Shown here in pieces: positions 11,597-23,576 of a stretch of 64,000 nt of DNA. This DNA comes from Psilocybe cubensis (Eukaryota). Location of the stretch: contig CM039000.1 of NCBI GenBank assembly GCA_017499595.2, positions 3,348,001 to 3,412,000 of the forward strand. The letters run 5' to 3'. The position numbers and the translations under genes were made by a program. Every line of letters starts with the position of its first letter. The first letter of the stretch is position 1. The notes beneath the pieces were generated by a model. It was not told the DNA's origin. It saw nothing but the letters and a program-made list of their open reading frames with translations, and made no database searches.

Positions 11597-14500
11597 AGAA
11601 GAATGCCAGACGATGAAGCTAATCACCAACAAATTCGAAGGGGAAATAAGATATTTTTCTATTGCAAACGGTAAGGAAAGGAAGTGTATTAGGGGTTAAG
11701 AAACCAATAAGAGCCAAATCGTCCGGCGAGAGTTGGAAGAAAGAAAGAAACAAAAAGAGAAGAAAAAGTGGTGAGAGCCACATTGCGCAGCTAGACCTGA
11801 CTTTATAAGAACGGTGTACGAGAATCCAGCAAGGAAACGAAGTTCGTAAATGTATAGAAAAGTCGTCCATCCTCACCATATCAACCTGTGAGTTTGACTT
11901 GATGCGGTTGCAGAATAGTTATCATAATTATGTCAATGGTCGGCAGCCCCTCAGGGTGGGCATTTGAGGTATAAGAAAGGCAGATCAGCGTCGGGATTGC
12001 AGAGGCGGAGGGTGCTTGTGACTTCGAACACGCTCGACAACATGCGTTATGGATTGACGTCCTGGGAGTGTAGGGCCACAAACTTCGCGATTTAGAACAG
12101 CGTCGCAAGCCAGGGTCAGAGGAAGCAAAGAAACGCTTCAATCCGTGAGAGGTTGCAAGGTATGCTGGACCATTTGTGCCTCAGAACATGTCTCCAGGCC
12201 AACGCTATTGACCCTTCAGTGGGGTAATGACATGGAGAATCCGAGAAGGAGAATAGGACAAGTAATCAACAAATAAGACCGCGGAGACAGCCAGATCGCC
12301 AGTCCTAGTCGATATGTGCGAAAGTATACGACAAATGGCCCTTGAACATAAACCCATCGACTTCCTACGAGCTGATTCGGACACCAGTAGCACCAGTGCC
12401 AGAATGAACCAGGAATAGGGCCCATAAATTGATACAGTGTTGGCCCAATGGTTAAACCATTTCCCTAGAAGTCTCATGTTGCATCGCTGGCCGTCGCGTT
12501 AGTGACTAAGAGGTTTTCCATAGAAAAGAAAATGGTGGAGAGCAACAGAGAGCAACCAACAAAATGTGAACTTTGCGGACCGGTTGCTTCAAAACCATCT
12601 CCCTACGTAATAATGCAGACGGGAGACACCGAACTTGAATTTGACTACGTGATGCTACTTAGTCAGACCATTGATTGTTGGTCCATAGCACTGTTTATGT
12701 AATAGAAGCACAGATAATGATCCTTCAAAAGCGCTCAGCGATCTGATTCTATAGACATCTGAAGAGTACTTACAGACTCAAGTTTCAAATTGAGGATAGA
12801 TCCAATACATAGATTGTACATAGAAAGAAGGCAGGCAGCGGGTAACAAGTCCATTAGGCCTCCAAACATCATTGATATAATGGAGATTTTGGTGGCGCCG
12901 GACAATGCTGATGGAGTAGAAGACTAGCAAGTGCGATATTAAACAGAAACTTAGTGAAAATCTAACATCATGTTTATGTACAGGCACTTCAGTAGCGACT
13001 TCAACGCATTCCGGACTATAAGGAAAGTTAGCTAATTGTCAAATGCATTATTTTGGTTCTGTACTTCAAGTAACAAGTCTTTTGTTCCACGACGATCTTG
13101 AGGTAACACCGGTGGCTGCCGCAATACGTACCCTATACCTATTTTTGACCCTCTGCCATTTTTCAAGGGCACAGGCCACTGGCAGTTCGGGATGTCTCAA
13201 ACAGAACCAGGGTACAATACGGAAAACGCCTCCAGATAGCAATAAAGGTTCTCTAACAAATGGAGAAGAGGAATGATTCGAGTACATCGACAATGCAACC
13301 TATGAATATTAACAACCCCTGTCAGTAAAATCGTACTCTCCGGTCCGAGTGGTTGGCTCTCAATGCATTGATTAGATCTCAATTCTAAGTAGAGATGAAA
13401 GGTCTAATCATATTAGTTGGATCAAGTAGATTTACCAATTAAGTGTCAGTGACGGTCTGTAATCGGGTTTTAAATACCATGAAGTGCAACAGTGTGAACT
13501 CACTTCCAGGGAGAGGTACTTTTTGTAGTAATATGACGTACATAGACTATCACGCACCCTAAATAGAAGGGATAAATTTTCGCAAAAAGTCAATGGTAGT
13601 CAATAGGGAACAGCAGGGAAAGGGTCACCAAAGTAAGACTAAGGGCAAATAGATAGTGGACATGATGTTTCGAAACTGGTCATTGAAAACGTGCTCAGTA
13701 AATTTAGACTTGAGGAAATGGTCGGGATACAGAAAGCTTGCCGTACTTATTCTCAGCCATAATTGGTCTGCTGACATTTTGTTCAATAATAATACTCACC
13801 GTCACAGCTTCAGACGTGGGTTAATGATTCAATGCTCGCGCTCAACGTTCAACTTCTGACTGATCAATGAACTTATAAAACTCTGATGAACTTTGGTCTG
13901 AATAAGTTGCTCCACACAATTGATTGAGAGAGCACTGCAGGAAAGTGATGTATGTTAATCGAGCGTAATCGAAGACAAGTAGAACAAAGCTGACTGTTGA
14001 GAAGACCAACGGGACCGACGGGTTTTTGATCCCTTGACGTTAAAATAGAATATTCTTCAGGAAACGAGTGTTTAAAATTCGAAGAATAATGAATTCAATG
14101 TCATCGGATGTACCTGTAAGTGAAAACGCATTCACACCTGCGTAGTTTTCGCAATTCCGACACGAGAAATTGATCATCCTGCCGATGTTGAGTCAAGAAG
14201 GAAGGATTGTTCATCCAGAATTACCCAGACGATGCGCACTGTATGTTTGCTTGATGTTCACACATTGGCGAGACTTTCGGAGACCCGTGTAAAGTTATTT
14301 TCAGATGTACACACAGGATGGGCATGTATTGGCGCCGAGAGTCACAGAGCCTGTACTCCAGTGGGATTGAATGAATGCTTTGGTGTGCAAAAGGAGCATG
14401 TGCTTACGGTAAAGTGCGAGATGTGGCGTAGATAGAAGTATCATATTTTAACGTCTCCCTCAATGCCTCCAGCAAGCATTTCAGCACATAGAGGTAATAA

Positions 14501-14960
14501 CTTGTCCCACAGCGGATGAACGGTACAGACACCCGAAGCGGCTACAAATTTGAAAAGTGTGAGAAGTAAATGGGCTATAGTGGCAGTTTCCGTAGCATTT
14601 CGACCGTTTAGAAGGGAGACCATCCATAGAAAAGGCACTGATCAGGATACCAGTTGGAACAAACGGTCATAAGTCATCTTGTTTGCGTTCTTCTTCATCT
14701 TCTTCGCGAGAGGGAAATGGAACCACATTCCGTGATGCCAAGAAGATATGTGTCGCGACGTTTTCATCTCATTGGATAGATTTTTCAAAGAAAAGAGGTC
14801 GATGAGAGAAAGAAGTGTTTGAGAGATGTGATTTGGACAAGGTTGATTAACCGAGCCGTAGTAAACAGAAAAAGGGTTCTGGGACTTCACATCAAGATGC
14901 GCTTGTCGGACTGGAGAAAAATAAGGTGGCATTGATTTAGGATGTGGATATAAACCTTAC

Positions 14961-15941
14961 TCACACTTGGATAGGGGTTTCTACGGTTTTGGTCTCAGAA
15001 GCTGCTTTCAGCTTCTTTTCACCCTTTTTACTGCTATCGGCTGTCTCAACGTATTCGAATTTGCGAGAATCCAATGTTATAGTCACAGGGCCCTGATGAT
15101 CAAGACATGAAATGGATAGGAAATGATAAATTTATGAGCCCTCATACCTCGTTCGTTAAGCTAACGCTCATCATCGCACCGAACACCCCATCTAAAGCAC
15201 CTGTGAGACCCTTCAATTTATTTGATGAGTCAACTCACCTTGAATCTTTTCAGCCTTGTAGGATGTTCTGAGAGATTCTAAAAATTTGGCATACATCGCC
15301 CGTGAAGGCTCAGTCGCCTAAAAATAGTATTTCCTGAGTACTCACAGACCACCGGTGAATTTAGCGACATACCATCGCTCGATGAAAATCAGGTTTATTT
15401 CCTTTAGAAGTATTGGCCATTAATGTGAACTGCGATACGCAGAGGATATCGCCATCGATATCTTTTACGCTAGCTTTCCACATATTCTGTGGGTTGGATG
15501 GGTCGGAAAATACTCGGAGAGTTAGTCTAGGAGGTAAGAAATTCATGTCAGTCACGATGACACTTGACAATGAAAAAGAAAACATATAAAGAGGGTTTAT
15601 TCCTAGATCCCAGTCAGAGGATCAAGGTCGGTACAACATGTGTGAAGAAAGCGAGCAAATTGAGTTAGCACCAACATCTTTTTAGACAACGTCGCGACAT
15701 CGGTATCAGTATCATCTATGCTTGAGAGTTAGGTTGAGGAGGCAAATGATAGGAATACACCACTTCGCTAACCTGTCCCAATTCCAACAAGTATCATGAG
15801 GCCCTTGGATATTTTGGAAACAAGTTCGTTATTAACTGTAATGGATAATCTGAGCCGTGCCAAAGTCGAATTTCCATTGACAGTCAAAGGCAACGCACCT
15901 GTAACGGAGGCTTCCGACACACATTGAATAATTGCTCGCAT
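14961..15941 (-). CDS. DTD1: D-aminoacyl-tRNA deacylase (DTD1), multi-exon
   Basis: Spliced product MRAIIQCVSEASVT|VNNELVSKISKGLMILVGIGT|DDT...KKI|LTLRVFSD...ILCVSQFTLMANTSKGNKPDFHRAM|...GVFGAMMSVSLTNE|GPVTITLDSRK, containing the SQFTL and NxGPVT (Gly-cisPro) motifs. Confidence 0.92.
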
Positions 15942-16250
15942 ATCCTCTCGAAGTCTACAAGAAATTAGAAGCAAATGAACGGAGAGATAGAATGAAATCA
16001 AATCTCTATGAAAGAGCTGCAGTCGAGCAATCAAACGCAGTAGTACAACAAACGACTTAACAAATCGAGGTCGAGGTCGACGTTAAGAAAAAGCCTGCGA
16101 AGGTCCACACGCCACTGAATCAGCATCTTAACACGTGATGCGCCATTTCCTAATAAGGTGCTTGAAAGGTCTGCCAAAGGCAGCACAGACAGTCTTTGGC
16201 TGTCCTTTCTTATTCCACTTATACCAGACAATCTTGATTCACAAATCACT

Positions 16251-17017
16251 ATGGAATCAGTAGTTCTTGAGACAAGTTTGGGCGACATTCAACTAGAACT
16301 CTATTGGAACCATGCACCACGGGTACGTACGAGAATCATTTACCACAACGCTGCCAATAATGTAATACGCGTACGCTTTTCAGGCTTGCAAGAACTTTGC
16401 AGAACTTGCAAAGAGAGGGTACTACAATGGGGTCGTTTTTCACCGCATCATATCAGTATGTAATGTCTATAAAGTACATGCAATTGAATCTTCTGACCAC
16501 GAGAACCGCGCAGGATTTCATGATCCAAGGTGGAGATCCCACAGGAACCGGGAGGGGTGGCACGAGCATATATGGCCAAAAATTGTGCGTTATTTGTTTG
16601 TCCAATAGAAATCGGACTGAATGTTATAATTGTTTCGGTCAGCGAAGATGAATTACATCCGGAGTTGAGATTCACAGGAGCTGGGATTCTTGCCATGGCC
16701 AATTCTGGCCCAAATACGAATGGTGAGTGGTGTACGGAACATTTCGTAAATCTGCTATTTTAATTGGGTAATCTGTGTCGCAGGATCTCAGTTTTTCATT
16801 ACACTCGGGCCAACCCCATACCTCGACAACAAACACACGATCTTCGGGCGTGTAAGCTCAGGTATGAGAGTGGTACAGCGTCTAGGCTCAGTGGCCACAG
16901 ATGCACAGGATCGGTGCGCTATTTCTATCTGCGCACTGTCTTTCGTTCTAAAACATTCTTTCGTTATTCTACAGACCTAGGGAGGATGTCAAAATTCACA
17001 AAGCCCGCACAATATAA
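16251..17017 (+). CDS. PPIL1: Cyclophilin-type peptidyl-prolyl isomerase, PPIL1-like (spliceosomal)
   Basis: Spliced: [122 protein letters not shown]...|[13 protein letters not shown]. Confidence 0.92.
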
Positions 17018-18621
17018 CAAGGCCCAAAAAATAGCCAATCCTTGTCTTTTAGTAGGCTCTTCATGACGCGATATCCCCAATCTTATGAGTGATATACCAG
17101 CTTTGCTGAATACGAAGAGATCCTCTTGTACGTATATCGCATTGTTTTGCAATGAATCGATTTTCAATTTTGTATCAAGCTTGTGGTGAATCGTAGCAAC
17201 TATCTATCTGCCATTGTCTGGAAGCAAATTACTGTACCAGAAATTTCCGCAGGTGCGGTTCCGAGTCCTATTGTTTCCTTACATCTTCAAATCGAAATTT
17301 CCCTCGCAAAATATTTTTACCATCGTTTCCACTTCCAATTACTGAAAATCGATGCAGCAATGCTAATTTGAAGGCGGTGTGCGACTGTACCTGTCAGGTG
17401 GCTCCTTGCACAACTACTCTCCGACTCGCTGGCTGTTTTACAGAAGATCTTGTGATCACGAACTTCCTATCTGTTCATCTACATCGTTCTCATGTAACGT
17501 CCCATCTCCATCTCATTCCCGTGACTGATAATTCCCAGCAGGAGAATTTATTCGGTGCTCCTCGTGGTCTCAGAGCTTATTTGCCACCATCATGTCAGTT
17601 TGAGCGCTTCCCGACTTCCTTTACAGGATAGTTTTTAAGCGAATGCTTCTTGTAGGCTTGAAGAGATCCTGCTCAATATATTTGACGATGCAAAATTGGT
17701 CACTAAGGTATTATACATAGTGCATAAACTCACGAGGGAAAGCCGTGTATACAGGAGAGAACCTGGATATATGGGTATATGCCATAACCTACGAAAGTTT
17801 GGCAAAACATGAGTAAGAATAGGTATGATGCATCGCTGGAAGTTTCCGACATTACTGATAATGGATACGAAACGAGGATCATTTTCGGTAGTCTCTTTCA
17901 AATAATATAGTTAGACCTAATCTCACTTATTCTCGACACCTCCATCAGGAATATATAGATGAGTTCCTCGTCATCCCCGAAATCCCGGATATCAAGTATC
18001 GTGGTACCGCCCTGATTGTTTGCTTCAACACATAAGTTTCCTTTGAAGGCCACCTGCGAGGTACCGGTAACACCAGTTGGAAGTCCTCAAATCACAATGA
18101 CAATGCCCTCAGGGCTTTGACGACGTCATGGTGAAAACAAGCTATTGTGCTTGAATGAGATACAAGGGCCCAACAGCCCAATTGGGATGTATATCCCATC
18201 ATCCATGTCAGTCACCAGGATTAATATTTTACACCTACATTGCATCGTTACCATTTTGAAAATGTTCTCTAGGAGAAATGACTAAGAACGACACTGTAAT
18301 AAATTGGCAAACTTAAAAGAAATGCATCATTGTAAAAATAAATGAAGGCTACAGCTTTTGAATAAGGACTACAGATACTTATTACTCATTCTAAGGAGTG
18401 CGGTTACGATTGTCAGCGGCCTTCAAGGAGGTGGCGAGGGGCAATCCGTGGACAGTAGCATTAATCCCAGTGCTGTTCAAGGTGTATATTTTTCGGAGAA
18501 GAACAGCAAGTTTTACTGCCTCAGTTCAACTATTTCTGTGTCGCCTGACCACTTTGTGGTAGATTTTGACACTGGTGAAATTACATGTTCCCCAAACACG
18601 AGCTGTTAGGTCAATGACTCG

Positions 18622-19450
18622 TTGTGTAATAAAGCACTCCGGCTCATAGATCAGTGCCATACCTTGTACAATTTTGACTCGAAGTTTTCAATTTCCTTGA
18701 CACCAGCACACAATCTTCGTCTTTGTGAAAACATCGAATTGCACCCTGTGCTCCGTCAAAGAACACTACAAATCCATGGAGATTGGAACCCAGAGACGGA
18801 GGTTAGAGAGGGCATCATCTCCAGAATTACATTGGATTCTGAAGAGGTCAGTAATCCAATGATTTCCATTACCCAGCTCCAGGTCACACATACCTATCAA
18901 GTTATCCATAGAGCATGAGCCTGAGAGAGGAACTTTTTATGTTCCTGCTTTACTTTAGAACGACACTGTAATCTGTTTGCGAAAGTGGATCAACAGCACG
19001 ATCAAATCGGAGCGAACTGTGGTTGACGGCCTCATCGTCAAATATATGCTCCCTCAAAACGCTGAAATAACTTCCATTGAACTTCCATTGTCTAAATTCC
19101 CAAACCTGACATTTCAGTGGAATATACAAGAGTGGCTGGCAATACCTTACACTCGTTGGGGAACCGTCCGAAAATTATGGCCACCTAAATGCGACGAGTT
19201 TGATGAGCACCTAAAGGATATCGATATTTGAGTAAAGGCAGATGACATCCAGCCCACCCTAAATTCCGATTCATTAAAATACTTATTTTCCAGACCTAAA
19301 TTCGGTCAATCCGTGAGTCCACACAAGCAGTATTGTTATCTCTGAGACAGTAGTTACCACTGCTGTGAGGTATTCCACTTTCAAATGTCCAGGCGGCATT
19401 TTATGGTATTGGTAAACCGTACTGCCAAAGACACGGGCGCGCTCGTCGCT
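18622..19450 (+). pseudogene. Orphan spliced gene remnant or pseudogene, product unknown
   Basis: ORF segments 18622-18846 and 18959-19231 join in frame across a GT-AG intron (TLDSEE|NDTVICLRKW). Further splice-flanked fragments follow, but there is no clear start and no recognisable domain. Confidence 0.3.
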
Positions 19451-20660
19451 GAAGTAAGTCCAAGAACACGCATAGTTAACTTGTCAGAGTCGCTGACTAG
19501 GTGCCATTTTCAGACCACAGTGCCCAAGACCCAAATTCCACAGCATTCAAGCGACTTTGGCTGATAACGAACATCCATGGAACCGTGCGATGACGGTTCT
19601 GAAACGCCCCCTGTGGAAAGCAAACATCTGCGACAGATGAGCCATGTACCGGGATGAAAGTTTTACAGTGCTTGGGCTCTTGGGCGCAGCAATGGGTCTA
19701 ATGTTACGCTGCTGCTGCACCTGTGGGATCGCGAAGTTTTCGAAAATCTCGACCAGCGACGGTGACACACGCTCTAAAGGAGAAAAAAGCGGAAAGTGGG
19801 CAGTGACTTGAATAGATCGTGTTTTCGCACCAAATGACAAACAAAAATCGACAGAAGTTCTATCAGCAAGCTATCAAATAAGGTCGGCAGAATGTCGATA
19901 AATATGATTTCAGTATTGGTAAGGCACGCCTCCGTGGTTGACTGAGGCAAGTTGGAGCATTAAGTCATCGTGAGAATAGATTTCTGACGATGGCAGACGT
20001 CGGTGGTGTCGGTCAACACTCCAATTTGGGATTCGATTTTTATCTCACAGGCTTAGTAGAAGACAGCAGAGTACTAGTTACACAGGCAGTTCGGAACTTT
20101 AAACAGGGTGGGTATGGCATCGTAAGTAAATGATAGTAACTTTACTACGTTTCAACGGAATAAAAGATCATTGGTAAGTGGTATACATTTCATTTCTACC
20201 TCATCTGTTCCCACATACATACAAGTTCTTGAAGGATATATACATAGCATCTCAATACCTCAATATATTGTTCCGACGGTTGTAAGAGTTTCGATATGTA
20301 ACACTGAACGAGAGAGATTGATCATATCATTAACACACGGGCATCTATAAGACAAAGCGAATATCGATTCAGAACTTGATACAACTACAGTACAACAGAA
20401 GAATAGTTTAGTAAGTATGAGAAATCCGGATGCCAATTGGATAAGTGATGTGCAAGAAGATTTATTAATTTGCAAGCTGTGGTAAAAGCCGTCAAAGGCG
20501 GGGAATATGCGTGTGTGCAACAACAGTAAGAGTATAGCCGGAGATACTAAAGAAGAGTGACATGTTCATAAAAATCGAAGGACGGAATCCAGGAGACGGC
20601 GAGATCTGCGAACATGGAAACGTACGAGTACATGACCGAAAAAGTCTAGTACCGATAAAA

Positions 20661-23576
20661 CTATGCGCGCCGCCGATTAGTATGGTGGGTTCGTATGCGC
20701 GGCCGTGTTGGCGTTTCATCGTTATTAGGTAGCGTCCTCGCAGGTCCTGACGATGATGAGGGCTCTGCAAGGTTGAGAGGCCGACGAGATGAACTGGAAA
20801 CAGCCGATACCTTCAGCCGCGAGTTTTGTCTGGCGGCGGCACCTGGTGCCCAGCGAGAGGCCTCGACGCCTTCCGAGGTGTCTGCATCAATCTCAATGTC
20901 GGCAGAAGACCTTGATTCAGTTTGAAGACGTTGTGAATTGGTTTGTCGTGATTGTGGAGCATCAACTTCAACAAACGATTCGCTCTCGGATGGGACAAGG
21001 TCCTGGTCCATAGCATCAACATCAGCCTGTTCGTCATCGTCGTCCTCATCCTCCTCATCTTCATCATCAAAACGTTTGTTTTTGTAAAATTTGATTTTGT
21101 CGTCGTCGTCACCATCATCGCTGAAAATGTCCTCGTCATATAGGCCACCTGGAGGTTCACCCAACCAGTCATCATCATTCTCATTACCGAAGTCCCAAAC
21201 ATCGAGTACGGTCGCGTCGTTCCGATTACTTGCAGCGACACACCACCTTCCTTCAAATACCACCTGCCAAACACCAGTGATGCCTGTCAAGAGATCTCGA
21301 ACGATGCTTCCGTCTCTAACATTCCACATTTTCAAATTGCCGTCTGATCCACTGAGAACTTTGAATTCGTCATGTTGGAAGCATGTAATCGCACCCGTAT
21401 GCGACGCAAGAGTGTGGCGAAGTTCTCCGGTGTCTGGATCCCATATCCGAAGGGTGGAATCGGCAGCTGCAGAAACAAGATACGACGGGGAAAGGCCTAG
21501 CAAGCCGACAAGCGATGTATGACCTGTCAGGGTATGTTGACATTGTCCCGATTGAAGATTCCAAACGCGGACCGTTCCATCCATGGAGCCTGAACAGGCT
21601 TGATTACGACCTAGATCAAGCACAACACTGTAGACTGTTCAAAAATAAGGCACAGGGTTATATAATTAGTATCTGATAGCGTAATATTTAATCATTACCA
21701 ACCTTTCTGGGTGTGTCCAACTAAAACCCATTTGCAAGTACCAGTAATTATGTCCCAAACACGAACTGTACAATCATAACTCCCCGATACCAACGTCCGA
21801 CCTCTGGCAGCCAGAGCACGAACGGCATGGTCATGACCTTCCAGATGTAGTCTGTGATACGGATTCTCGTCGGCGTCCTATACACAGATATAGATTTAGA
21901 TAGAACCCAGTTTTAGTCGTTGGTGAACTCACACAAACTTCAGCAAGGTCAACTTGATCCTCGTCTCCAAAACATCTGAATTCAGCATCTCCAGGACGAG
22001 GTAAAGTCCAAACTCGCAGAGAGTGATCTCTACTCCCTGTTACGATTAGTGGTCGTTTCGGCCACTTTTCTTTGGTGATAACTCCATCGCGTTCAACGTC
22101 AATCATTTCAGGTTTGACGATTGCGAGACATCGAACAGTACTAGTATGTCCTCCAAAGACATGGGTACATCTACCTGTCGCTAGATCCCAAATACGGACT
22201 GTACGGTCTGTAGAGCCACTAACAAGGGTGTCCTTGCAGGCGGCCAACGCCCATACACCACCGTCGTGGCCAGTAAGGGCACGCAGTCGTTCACCAGTAT
22301 CTGGTGAGTAAACATGGATTGAATGATCGTCTGAAGCCGAAATGATGCGTCCATGTGAGAAGATTAGACATGTGACGACGGATGAGCCGTGCGCCGGGAA
22401 AGATACATGCTTGGGCTCCGGGTTGTTTACCCATCTTGTACGGGTTAAATGCCTGGACTTGAAAAGCATTTTGTAGGGATGTGGAAGGGGAAGAGGATTC
22501 GGAACTGGAGGCTGATTACGCATGGCATGACGTCGACTGGCATAGATGGAGTTGGCGAACGAATTTTCGGAGTCGCCACCAAACCATATCTTGGTGCTTT
22601 TCAAAAGATCTCGCCACAGCACAGGATCTGAATCGATGATTGCCCGCCACGACCGGGATACTCTTGAGGCACGAGCAAGTGTTGAGAAAGGCAAAAAACT
22701 CAAGATATGTGAGACGAGCTCTGGAGGAAGGAGGGTGAGAAAATCGCGCGCGAGGGTCGGGGATAACACGGAGTGCAGTGTGCGCAACACAGGAAGAGGC
22801 GAATGGCGCAACAGAGTCAAAAGGAAATGACTTTGTAAAGGAGCGGGAAGTGCTGTAAAATGAGACAGCAAGGAAGGCAACGTCAGAAGCGTCGTGAGAG
22901 CCAGGTCGGGTTGTAGTGGTGCCTGGGGTAACGGTGACGATGTGCCACTAGGTGGCGCTGACGGCCATATATTCTCGGGGGAAGGTGATCCATGTGGTGA
23001 GGGGAGAGGAGAGGGAGGTGCAGCTGCATTGACTGTTGATATTTGCGGTAGTGCAGCTGCCCGAGCTTTCTTTCGCGGTGGTGGCACAGTAGCGTTAGAC
23101 CCTGAAGGCACTTCAATTCCTTCCATCATGTCGTCCGAGTTGTGAGAACGCTTCTTCCCATAGCGTTCAACGGCCTCTGCTAGACCCACGACATTGGTAT
23201 CTTGTAATCCCTCATCTCGTTTCAACATGCGCCATCCTACTCCGGACACGACTTCTTCATCCTCCTGCATATCTTCGTCCCCGCCATCGCCATCGCGAAA
23301 TATGGCGCGTGCACCATTAGGGAAGACCAAAGGGAAGCGACGCAGAGACTGGGGTAGATTTGCATGAAGAAGTGGATAGCTCTTTGGGTCTTTGGGTGAA
23401 GAGGGCGGAGGTAAATGTGGAAGCTGTATTGGCGCGTAGGTGGTTGTGGTTGTCGTCGTTGTGGTCACACTTTGGAAGAAAATGAATATCCTATACGAAA
23501 TAAATGCATATCTTACTTACGTGGTGGTATTGACCGACGGCTGTAGGACGAGGACTGGCCGCTGGCTGGTGCTCAT
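20661..23576 (-). CDS. CDC4: F-box/WD40 SCF substrate receptor, Cdc4/Fbw7-like
   Basis: ATG 23576, short exon 1, then poly-Thr, D-domain-like helices, F-box (DFLTLLPPELVSHILSFL...VSRSWRAII) and about 8 WD40 repeats (GHDGGVWAL...SGSTDRTVRIWD, GHTSTVRCL, SGSYDCTVRVWD, GHTSLVGLL), plus an acidic tail. Confidence 0.88.

Noticed and set aside
12000..14930. Short ORFs between the Gly-rich membrane gene and DTD1
   Set aside because: No consistent frame, domain or splice chain; at most decayed sequence.
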